DNA of 64,000 nucleotides from a virus, in the IMG/VR virus record IMGVR_UViG_3300028392_000050, positions 1-64,000 of that record; one strand, 5' to 3'. Position 1 is the stretch's first letter. Each line of letters opens with the position of its first letter. The notes under the pieces are model-generated. The model ran no database searches. It was not told where the DNA came from and saw only the letters and a list, made by a program, of their open reading frames with translations. Made by a program: the position numbers and the translations under genes. This document shows, one piece after another, positions 55,709 through 64,000 of this stretch.

Positions 55709-56107
55709 ATGTCACTTGCACCAGACCCACAGTTCCCAGAGCGTGCCCCACTAACTTACGACCGTAAGATGGCTGCAGCAGCTCCTGGCCAGCGCGGACC
55801 ACTTCGTTTTGAAGAAGGTATCGCAACCGATACAGACGTTCCAGACCAGTTCATTCTTGGTGCACAGCAGGGTTACACCCCAGCTGCTGGTCGTCCAAAC
55901 CGCAACGCCCCTGTCCACACCAAGACTGCTGAAGAAACCATGAGCGAACGCGCTCACGTTGGTTCAGCTGCATGGGTGGAGTCACAGGACTACCTAAGCG
56001 AGTTCTCAGGCGCAGCCTTTGAGGACCACGGTTCAAACGTATACGAAGAGGTTATTCGTAACGGTTCACGCCAGCAGCACCCGAACCCAGCTCAGGTTCA
56101 GGACTAG
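55709..56107 (+). CDS. hypothetical head-module protein
   Basis: AGGAG RBS; strong codon bias; between terL and portal. Confidence 0.7.
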   Translation: MSLAPDPQFPERAPLTYDRKMAAAAPGQRGPLRFEEGIATDTDVPDQFILGAQQGYTPAAGRPNRNAPVHTKTAEETMSERAHVGSAAWVESQDYLSEFSGAAFEDHGSNVYEEVIRNGSRQQHPNPAQVQD

Positions 56108-56175
56108 GTTCTAGCGTTTAACCCCGTCTGCCCTAATAGGTGGGCGGGGTTAAGCTTCTTATAAGGCGGTGAATT

Positions 56176-56493
56176 ATGGCTCTCGTTAAGGGTCAAGAAG
56201 TAAAAGAGACGCCCCAACAATACCCTGCAAACCCGCGTCTTTGGAACCTGATTACTACCCAGGCAAAAACTCGTTTTGCTAAATATCCTTCTCCAGCTGC
56301 TGCTCACTGGGTGCACACCAAGTACATACAACTTGGCGGACAATTTGTGGATACCCAAAAAGAAGTAGACCCACGTATGCGTGACCGCGCTCAAGAAGCT
56401 ATGGATAAAAAAGAAGAGCAACAGAAAAACTCTATCCAAAAAGACGTAAATAAGAAAGTAACTAAAAAAGTTACTAAACCAATTGCTAAATAG
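56176..56493 (+). CDS. hypothetical protein
   Basis: ORF track; head module. Confidence 0.65.
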   Translation: MALVKGQEVKETPQQYPANPRLWNLITTQAKTRFAKYPSPAAAHWVHTKYIQLGGQFVDTQKEVDPRMRDRAQEAMDKKEEQQKNSIQKDVNKKVTKKVTKPIAK

Positions 56494-56566
56494 TAAAGCC
56501 TAAAAAACACACGAACTTTGCGATACACTATAATTACTATTAAACTTACTGAAGGCGCTTTGTAGC

Positions 56567-58288
56567 ATGTCGATTGATTTTTCCCCACCGTCATATAGAG
56601 CCGCATCGTCTGACCTTACCATCAGCATTTCCCCTCTGGGCCTTGTAGAACTTGCTGATGAAGAATTTGAGGTTCACGGTCCTCGCCTAAACCGTTACAG
56701 CCTTAACTGGGCTATGTACCTAGGTCACCACACATCTTTCCGCCGCCAAGCTGGTGAACCTTCTATTATCCTGAACTATTACCGCGCTTTTACTGATTTT
56801 ATTATTAACTTCACATTTAGCAAGGGTGTCCAGTTCCGTAGCGTTAAGGCCACAGAAGCTATCGTTCCTTCACTTCTAGAGCGTGTTTGGGAAGTAGACA
56901 ATAATAAGGCTACTGTGCTTTGGGAAATTGGTCAGCAAGGCGGTGTATCTGGTGACTGCTTTATCAAGGTGGCTTATGAAGAAGCTTACACAGATTCTGT
57001 AGGCGGTATCCACCCAGGCCGTGTTCGTATCCTACCTCTTAACTCTTCTTTTGCTTTCCCAGAGTTTCACCCTCACGACCGTGAGCGACTAGTCAGATTT
57101 AAGCTAAAGTACCGTTTCTGGGGAACATCTCTAGAAGGTACTCGTCAGGTATACACTTACACTGAGATTCTTACCGAAGACACTATTGAAGAGTACATCA
57201 ACGATGAAATGATTGACTCTCGCCCAAACCCTCTAGGTATTATTCCAGTTATTCACATTGCTAACGTTCGCGTATCAGGTTCTCCTTGGGGTCTATCTGA
57301 CTGTAATGAAATGATTAGCATTAACCGTGTCTATAACGAAACTGCTACAGACATTGCAGATATCATTAACTATCACGCTGCTCCTGTTACCGTAATTATT
57401 GGTGCTAAGGCTAGCCAGCTAGAAAAGGGTGCTAACAAGGTTTGGGGTGGTCTGCCAAAGGACGCTCGTGTTGAAAACCTTGAAGGTGGAGGCCAGGGTC
57501 TAAAGGGCGCTATGGACTTTATGGCACAGCTAAAGAAGTCAATGCACGAAATGACCGGTGTGCCTGAGTCTGCTCTAGGTCAGGCTATGCCTGTTTCTAA
57601 CACTTCCGGTGTTGCACTTTCTATCATGTTCCAGCCTTTGATGAACCGCTACCACCAGAAGATTGTGCAGTACGCGCATGGTATTGAGCGTGTAAATGAA
57701 CTAGTACTTCGCACCCTTGCACTAAAAGAACCAGAGACATTTACTCTTAACCTAGACGTAGACACCATGCCAAAGCCTGAGCAGTTGGTTCAACTTGACC
57801 CTAACGACCCAGAGACTTACAGAACATACGCACACTTCCCTCCACCACTTCCTCTAGACAAGCTAATTATTTTGAACGAAGTTCAATCATTGCTATCACT
57901 TGGTCTACAGTCTAAAGCTGGTGCTTTGCGTGACCTTGGTGAAGAGTTCCCTGAGTCTAAGCTTCAGGAAATTCGTAAAGAACTTATTGACGATGCAGTT
58001 GCTGATGGTGCCCTACGCCTTGTTCAAACTGAAGTTGACCAAGAAATCGCATCACTTACAGGCCAGATGGCTCCGGCTGACGGCACAACTGCTGGTGGCG
58101 GGGCTACTCCAGGTGCTGCTGCTCCTGGCCCTATGGCAGGTGGACCAGCGGCTGCTGGACCAGCCCTTGACCCAGAAACTCTTGATAATTTGAGCATGGG
58201 TGAGTCTGAACTTAGAACTCGCCTAGTGACAGAAGCTTATGGAAGTCGTCTTCCACAAAGACAAGTTCCACAAGATTATACAAAATAA
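56567..58288 (+). CDS. portal protein (SPP1 gp6-like)
   Basis: NPLGIIPVIHIAN...WGLSD, SNTSGVAL motifs; position. Confidence 0.85.
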   Translation: MSIDFSPPSYRAASSDLTISISPLGLVELADEEFEVHGPRLNRYSLNWAMYLGHHTSFRRQAGEPSIILNYYRAFTDFIINFTFSKGVQFRSVKATEAIVPSLLERVWEVDNNKATVLWEIGQQGGVSGDCFIKVAYEEAYTDSVGGIHPGRVRILPLNSSFAFPEFHPHDRERLVRFKLKYRFWGTSLEGTRQVYTYTEILTEDTIEEYINDEMIDSRPNPLGIIPVIHIANVRVSGSPWGLSDCNEMISINRVYNETATDIADIINYHAAPVTVIIGAKASQLEKGANKVWGGLPKDARVENLEGGGQGLKGAMDFMAQLKKSMHEMTGVPESALGQAMPVSNTSGVALSIMFQPLMNRYHQKIVQYAHGIERVNELVLRTLALKEPETFTLNLDVDTMPKPEQLVQLDPNDPETYRTYAHFPPPLPLDKLIILNEVQSLLSLGLQSKAGALRDLGEEFPESKLQEIRKELIDDAVADGALRLVQTEVDQEIASLTGQMAPADGTTAGGGATPGAAAPGPMAGGPAAAGPALDPETLDNLSMGESELRTRLVTEAYGSRLPQRQVPQDYTK

Positions 58289-58415
58289 TTTATATTTAGC
58301 AACAAAAACGCTGTAGAAAGCGTAAAACTTAATATTGAAAACATAACGTGCGGCTATATGTGCTACGTGTCGAAAGACACATTCGGAAAACGCCCTAGAG
58401 AAATTAAGGATATAC

Positions 58416-59219
58416 ATGAGTACAACAGATTCACAACCAAATGCCGAAGCTTTTGAAGCTGAAGCAGGAGTAGTTCCAACAGTAGCAACGCCTGACGCTG
58501 ATGCGTCAATTGCTACATCGGTATCTTCAACTGATGCGCCAGCTACAAACACCAAGTTCTATACGGACGAGGATTTGTCTAAGGTACGCACCCAGGAAAA
58601 AGATAAGCTTTACCCACAGATTGACGCACTAAAGTCTGAACTTGCAGAGATTAAACGTCAACGTGAAGAAGAACTTGCAGCAAAACGTGCGGAAGAAGAC
58701 GCCAGAGCCGCTGAAGAGCGAGCAAAGGCAGAAGCTGATATGGACGTTCGTGACCTTCTAAAGCAGAAGGAAAACGAATGGCAGGAGCAATTGGAGCGTG
58801 AGCGTCAAGAACGCGAACGCGCATTTGCTGAGTTGGACCGTGAAAGGCAGTACTCAGAACTTACCAGTTACAGGCAGCAATTGCTTGAATCTGAGCGGGA
58901 CAATATTATTCCCGAACTATTGGACCTTGTATCGGGTAACACCCCGGAAGAGGTTAGTGCGAGTATCGAAGGCTTGAAAGAGCGTTCCGCTCGTATCCTT
59001 GATTCGGCACAGGCAGCGATGCAGAATGCCCGCAAGGAAATGACGGGTAGTCGGGTAACCGCGCCACCCACCGGACCATTGGATATCAATTCGGAACAAC
59101 GTACGCTTACGGCTCAAGAAATTGCAGCCATGCCGATGAACGAATATGCACAATATCGTCAGCGTCTATTGAGTGATAAAGCTCGTGGACGAGGACAGGG
59201 TTTGTTCGGGAACCCATAA
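58416..59219 (+). CDS. capsid scaffolding protein
   Basis: Charged coiled coil directly upstream of the capsid gene. Confidence 0.75.
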   Translation: MSTTDSQPNAEAFEAEAGVVPTVATPDADASIATSVSSTDAPATNTKFYTDEDLSKVRTQEKDKLYPQIDALKSELAEIKRQREEELAAKRAEEDARAAEERAKAEADMDVRDLLKQKENEWQEQLERERQERERAFAELDRERQYSELTSYRQQLLESERDNIIPELLDLVSGNTPEEVSASIEGLKERSARILDSAQAAMQNARKEMTGSRVTAPPTGPLDINSEQRTLTAQEIAAMPMNEYAQYRQRLLSDKARGRGQGLFGNP

Positions 59220-59256
59220 AACTAATAACGTCAATTTAATTTAGGAGCCCACACAA

Positions 59257-60345
59257 ATGGCATCAGGTATTACGGGAACCGGCAATCTAGCTGCCGCCCC
59301 AACCTCGTACTCAGGTACAAACACCCAGCTAACTCAGGCGATTCAGCAAATCTGGTCAAAGGAAATCCTTTTCCAGGCTATGCCAATCCTTCGCTTTGAG
59401 CAGTTCGCAGTTAAGAAGACAGAACTTGGTGTTGCACCGGGTCTTCAGATTAACTTCTTGCGTTACAACAACCTAGGCTTCGCTTCAGCGCTAGTCGAAG
59501 GTGTACGTATGCAGACCAACGCTCTGACTGCACAGCAGTTCTCAATCACCGTTTCAGAGCACGGATACGCACTTGCAGTTTCAGAGCTATTGCTAAACGC
59601 ATCTTTCGATGACGTTATGGCTTCAGCTTCTCGTCTGCTAGGCCGTAACATGGCTCTTTACCTAGACAAGCTAAGCCGCGACACCCTATACGGTGCGACT
59701 TCTCAAATCTGGGGTGAAGACCGTACCAACCTAACCGCTATCACTAACGGAACTGGTAACTTCAACCAGTACGGATACGGTACAAATGGTACAAGCAACG
59801 CCTCAATGACTGGTAACTACTTCTTGAGCCCACGTACTGTTAAGGACGCGGTAGAGAACCTAGCGACTAAGAACATTCCAAGGCTTGGCGAGACCTATGT
59901 TGCATTCGTTCACCCTCACCAGTCACGTCGTCTACGCGACACTGCTGAGTTCATCGAAGTAACTAAGTACGCTGCTCCAGGTAACTTCATGCTAGGTGAA
60001 ATCGGTCGTCTATACGACACCGTATTCATCGAGACCACTCAGGTCCGTAAGGTTACTAACGGTGCAGGTACCGGTTGGTCTGCAGACACTGCAGTATCTA
60101 ACCCAACCCCAGCTGCTGGTGGAGGCTACGTAAGCCCTGCTGAGTGGACTGGTAACGGTAACGCAGACCGCTACGACGCTATCTTCATCGGAGATAACGC
60201 ATTCGGTCACGCTATTTCACTTCCAGTTGAGCTACGTGATGGTGGTATTCTAGACTTCGGTCGTGAACACGCACTAGCATGGTACTCAATCTTTGGTCTA
60301 GGTCTAATCACTGACCAGGCTGTGATTGTAGCTTCAACCAACTAA
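59257..60345 (+). CDS. major capsid protein (N4-gp56-like family)
   Basis: WSKEILFQA...FEQFA, YVAFVHP, GEIGRL..TVFIET, D.GR...LAWY. Confidence 0.88.
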   Translation: MASGITGTGNLAAAPTSYSGTNTQLTQAIQQIWSKEILFQAMPILRFEQFAVKKTELGVAPGLQINFLRYNNLGFASALVEGVRMQTNALTAQQFSITVSEHGYALAVSELLLNASFDDVMASASRLLGRNMALYLDKLSRDTLYGATSQIWGEDRTNLTAITNGTGNFNQYGYGTNGTSNASMTGNYFLSPRTVKDAVENLATKNIPRLGETYVAFVHPHQSRRLRDTAEFIEVTKYAAPGNFMLGEIGRLYDTVFIETTQVRKVTNGAGTGWSADTAVSNPTPAAGGGYVSPAEWTGNGNADRYDAIFIGDNAFGHAISLPVELRDGGILDFGREHALAWYSIFGLGLITDQAVIVASTN

Positions 60346-60352
60346 TTGTGTT

Positions 60353-60378
60353 AGGGGGGTCAGAAATGGCCCCCCTTT
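60353..60378 (+). terminator. intrinsic terminator after the capsid gene
   Basis: AGGGGGTCA-GAAA-TGGCCCCCT-TTT. Confidence 0.75.
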
Positions 60379-60421
60379 TACAACCCCTGCAATACCGAGA
60401 TACTAATTAGGAGAATACCCC

Positions 60422-60790
60422 GTGGCAACACAAAAGAAACCAAGCGACTTTACAGGTCGCCAACGAGATGCCCTCGTCGCACAGCAGTTAGATGACCAGG
60501 CAGCACGCACAAGCGAGCTTGCAATGGCTACTGCTGAAGCTGCTATTAAAGCAGAAACAGAAGTAATCGACGCTACAGAGCCAAATCGTGCTCAGCCAAT
60601 CGTAGTTGATGAAGTTGTTAAGAGCAAAGAACAGAACGCCACAGTAACTATCCGCGTGTCGGATACTATTGAGGGTATGACTTTCGGTGCTGGCAACTAC
60701 TACAGCTTCAAGGCTGGTCAGAAGTACGAAGTTACTCCAGAAGTAGCTGCTCACCTTGAGCTAAAAGGTTATGTATCACAGAGATTCTAA
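60422..60790 (+). CDS. hypothetical head-associated protein
   Basis: AGGAG RBS, GTG start. Confidence 0.65.
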   Translation: MATQKKPSDFTGRQRDALVAQQLDDQAARTSELAMATAEAAIKAETEVIDATEPNRAQPIVVDEVVKSKEQNATVTIRVSDTIEGMTFGAGNYYSFKAGQKYEVTPEVAAHLELKGYVSQRF

Positions 60791-60902
60791 ACTTCTCTTT
60801 AGACGGGGCAGCGGGCTTAGTGCCCGCTGTTTCGTTTATCCAGACTTTTTGCACGTTATAAGTCATCATATAAATGACGGATTTTTCTTAGGTTAGGTTA
60901 AT

Positions 60903-61961
60903 ATGGCGACTGTTTCAGACCTTGTATCTAAGGTCCGTGTTGAGCTAAACGACCAAGCTCGTCAGTTCACCAAAGTTTTTATTGGTGATGGAGTTACTAA
61001 AGACTTTACTACTGGCTATAAGCCACTAGATACAACCACTTTGATGGTTAAAGACAACAACACCGCCCTGGCTAATCCAACTACTTATACAGTTGAGCCT
61101 ATTTATGGCGTTATCCACACAGCCACTGCCCCAGCAGTTGGGCACACCCTGACTATTACCGGTAACGTATACAGATACTTTACTGATGACCAATTAACTT
61201 ACTACGTTAACACCGCAGTCTTACAGCACACAAATAACCGCACAGACGGCTATAACAGGGCTATAACTATTGACACCCTACCTGAGATTGAATCTTATCC
61301 AGTAGTCCTCCTAGCGTCCATAGAAGCCCTCTGGGCCCTAGCTACGGATGCAGCATTCGATATTGATATTCAAGCCCCTGACGGTGTCAGCATTCCTCGT
61401 TCTGAGCGCTTCCGTCAGCTTAGTGCAATCATTGAATCTCGCAAGGAACAGTACCGCAATCTATGTTCTGCTCTTAACATTGGTGTTTGGCGCATTGAGA
61501 TGGGAACTCTACGCAGAGTGAGCCGCACTACTAATAAGCTTGTTCCAATCTACGTTGCTCAAGAGATTGATGACTCTACTAGCCCAGAGCGCGTTTACAT
61601 GCAAAACGACCTTAATGGCCGCTCAGTTATACCTAGCACAGTGCCTATCTACGATATGGTAATGCAGCAGGGTGACACTTTCTCAGTTATTCTTGATTTC
61701 CCTGACACTATGAACTTTAGCACTAATACGTTTAAGGCCCAGATTAGAACCTACCCTGGCTCACCTACACTATGGGCTACATTTACCATTGCCGTTTATG
61801 ACGCTAACCTTAAGAAGCTAAAGCTAAGCCTTGATGGACCTACTACCGCTATTCTGCCAGTTCGTTGCTTCTGGGATATTCAGGCTACCTCATCTGTTGA
61901 TAACAGCGTTACTACCTATCTTCGCGGACAGGTATTTACTTACCCACAGGTGACCCAGTAA
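60903..61961 (+). CDS. head-tail adaptor/neck-like virion protein
   Basis: YFTDDQL..Y adaptor-like motif; C-terminal QGDTF...WDIQ beta domain; position. Confidence 0.6.
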   Translation: MATVSDLVSKVRVELNDQARQFTKVFIGDGVTKDFTTGYKPLDTTTLMVKDNNTALANPTTYTVEPIYGVIHTATAPAVGHTLTITGNVYRYFTDDQLTYYVNTAVLQHTNNRTDGYNRAITIDTLPEIESYPVVLLASIEALWALATDAAFDIDIQAPDGVSIPRSERFRQLSAIIESRKEQYRNLCSALNIGVWRIEMGTLRRVSRTTNKLVPIYVAQEIDDSTSPERVYMQNDLNGRSVIPSTVPIYDMVMQQGDTFSVILDFPDTMNFSTNTFKAQIRTYPGSPTLWATFTIAVYDANLKKLKLSLDGPTTAILPVRCFWDIQATSSVDNSVTTYLRGQVFTYPQVTQ

Positions 61962-62320
61962 TGACTGATACAATTATTGTTACCCCCTCACCAGTCGTAG
62001 AAGTTACCGTAACTCCTTCAGTCACTACATCTACTAATCCAGGCACTGTTAGCGTTTTTACAGGAACTCCGGGACCTACTGGACCAGTTGGACCAACTGG
62101 ACCTACAGGGCCACAAGGAACTTCTGGCGGTTCTCTAACTTTTACACAAAACTCAGTTACTACTACATGGACTATAACTCACGCTCTTGGGTATTACCCA
62201 GCAGTTACAACAACTGATTCATCAGGAACAGTAATTGAAGGAACAATCTCTTATCCATCCATCACTTCGGTAGTAGTAACTTTTGGAATTGCTACCAGCG
62301 GCTTTGCTTATCTATCTTAG
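61961..62320 (+). CDS. short virion protein with collagen-like GPx repeats
   Basis: GTPGPTGPVGPTGPTGPQG; WTITHALG.YP. Confidence 0.7.
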   Translation: MTDTIIVTPSPVVEVTVTPSVTTSTNPGTVSVFTGTPGPTGPVGPTGPTGPQGTSGGSLTFTQNSVTTTWTITHALGYYPAVTTTDSSGTVIEGTISYPSITSVVVTFGIATSGFAYLS

Positions 62321-62328
62321 GAAAATAA

Positions 62329-64000
62329 ATGGCTAGATTATTTTTAACCCCAATTGACTTAAACGGTCTTGAACTACGAGGTGCTGTAATTGGCAACCTT
62401 CCAACTGCTTCTATCGACGCTATTACTTCTGGTGCTGGTCGTATTCAATATGACTCTTCACTAAATGTGCTAAAGTATCGTGACAATGCTGGTTGGAAAA
62501 CAATTAGCACTTCTGCTGGAACCGTAACTTCCGTAGCCGGCACCTCCGGAAGAATTACTGCTTCTGGTACTACTTCGGTAACCCTAGATTTAGCGGCTAA
62601 TTATGGTGATAATCTAAACCCATATGCTTCAAAAAGCGCTAATACTATCCTTGCTGCTCCTAACGGCTCTACTGGTGTTCCAACATTTCGTGCTCTTGCT
62701 GCTGCTGATATTCCTAGCACTCTAAATGCAACTATTTTTAGTGGCGCTGTTGCTATGGGTACCTACAGAATTACTGGCGTTGGTGACCCGTCAGCTGCTC
62801 AAGACGCTGCTACTAAGGCATATGTAGATACTATTGCTACTGGCATTAATGCTCACGAAGCCGTGTCTTATGCTTCAACCGCTGAAATTACAGGAACTTA
62901 CTCAAACGGTGTTTCTGGTGTAGGAGCAACTCTTACTGGAACTGGCTCACTGGTAATTGACGGTTACACTGTTGTTTCTGGTGATGCAGGTACCAACGTT
63001 CAAGGCGGAACTGGACTTAGAGTTCTACTAAAAAACCAGACTACAAACACTGACCAAAACGGTATTTATACTGTAACTGCCTGTGTTTCTACAACTAGCT
63101 GGACTCTTACTCGTGCATATGATTATGACGCTCTTGGTGAAGTGGCTGCTGGTGACTTTACCTATGTACTTCTTGGAAGCGCAAACGCTAAATTTACTTT
63201 TGTTCAAACTAGCAAACCTGCCGCTATTAGCGGTGTTGGTACTACAGCAAACGCTATTACTTTTGGTGTCTTTGCTAACGGTAATATTAGCGGTACTGTA
63301 GCAGTTAACCAAGGTGGTACAGGGCAGACTACATTTACCTCTAACGGTGTTCTTTTGGGTAACGCTGGTAGTGCGCTTAACGTGACTGCTGCCGGAACTG
63401 CAGACCAGGTATTGCGTATTCCAGGTGCTGGAGGTGCGCCTGCGTTTGGTGCCATTGACCTAAGCAAGTCTGCCGCTGTAACTGGTTTGCTATCCCCTAC
63501 AAATGGCGGAACTGGTGTAAACAACGGTTCTAAAACTATTACCCTTAGCGGTAGCGCGACTATTGGTTCTAACACAGATACTGTTCAATTCACTACTGCA
63601 GGTAACACTAACGTAACTTTGCCTACTACTGGTACTTTGCTTACCGCAGCAGGCGCTGTTACTTCTGTAAACGGCTCTGTAGGAGCAGTAAGTAACATAG
63701 CAGTAACTAACGCTGCTAACACCTTTACTGGAACTCAAACTGTTCAAGCCGCTGCTACACAGGATTCTGTAAAGGTTGCTGGACGTGCGGGCGGTACCTC
63801 AAGCTATGCAGTTACTTTGACTCCAGCAACACTAAACGGTAGCGTCACGCTCACCCTACCTAGCTCACAAGCTGCTCAGGGGTTCACCTTAGCGCGTACT
63901 TTGACCGGAACTGTTACAGTAGCCTCGGGTACTGGTACAATTACACATAATATGAATAACCAATATGTTCTTGTTCAGATTTTTGATAACAGTACTAACG
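62329..64000 (+). CDS. tail fibre protein (runs off the window, not in ORF track)
   Basis: MARLFLTPIDLNGLEL...; PSAAQDAATKAYVD, VLLKNQT...QNGIY, GGTG repeats. Confidence 0.8.
   Translation, partial: MARLFLTPIDLNGLELRGAVIGNLPTASIDAITSGAGRIQYDSSLNVLKYRDNAGWKTISTSAGTVTSVAGTSGRITASGTTSVTLDLAANYGDNLNPYASKSANTILAAPNGSTGVPTFRALAAADIPSTLNATIFSGAVAMGTYRITGVGDPSAAQDAATKAYVDTIATGINAHEAVSYASTAEITGTYSNGVSGVGATLTGTGSLVIDGYTVVSGDAGTNVQGGTGLRVLLKNQTTNTDQNGIYTVTACVSTTSWTLTRAYDYDALGEVAAGDFTYVLLGSANAKFTFVQTSKPAAISGVGTTANAITFGVFANGNISGTVAVNQGGTGQTTFTSNGVLLGNAGSALNVTAAGTADQVLRIPGAGGAPAFGAIDLSKSAAVTGLLSPTNGGTGVNNGSKTITLSGSATIGSNTDTVQFTTAGNTNVTLPTTGTLLTAAGAVTSVNGSVGAVSNIAVTNAANTFTGTQTVQAAATQDSVKVAGRAGGTSSYAVTLTPATLNGSVTLTLPSSQAAQGFTLARTLTGTVTVASGTGTITHNMNNQYVLVQIFDNSTN

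Noticed and set aside
1-64000. tRNA/rRNA genes, integrase or prophage boundaries, stop-codon reassignment
   Set aside because: No cloverleaf, att site or host genes recognised by eye; standard code gives dense intact genes

Overview
A 64 kb piece of a lytic tailed dsDNA phage, most likely of an Actinobacterium (WhiB, leaderless starts, actinophage-type gene set). Layout: replication, recombination and nucleotide metabolism on + (1-31.2 kb: DnaB helicase, primase, SNF2 helicase, two DNA methyltransferases, SSB, PolA, RecA, two resolvases, WhiB, Cas4-like nuclease, class II RNR), interrupted by a cell-envelope block (M23 peptidase, holin-like proteins, PA14-FN3 surface protein, NlpC/P60); a minus-strand putative early/host-takeover region (31.4-46.9 kb); and morphogenesis genes on + (47.3-64 kb: HNH, terminase, portal, scaffold, major capsid, neck, start of a tail fibre). 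The most unusual part is 37.3-47.2 kb, an array of about 11 self-contained cassettes of small, mostly acidic genes, two of which look like T7 Ocr DNA mimics. Cassettes are separated by a repeated composite element: terminator, then a long palindrome with fixed CCAACTCAACAA...TTGTTGAGTTGG ends and variable but complementary arms, then 3-4 GTTCACCT-type boxes at exactly 11-bp pitch (PHO-box-like), a -10 hexamer, a 5' hairpin and a purine-rich RBS. About 8 kb (31.35-39.36 kb) is almost free of ten palindromic tetramers that (apart from GATC, which is rare throughout) are common elsewhere in the window. All calls come from reading motifs by eye; no database searches were run.
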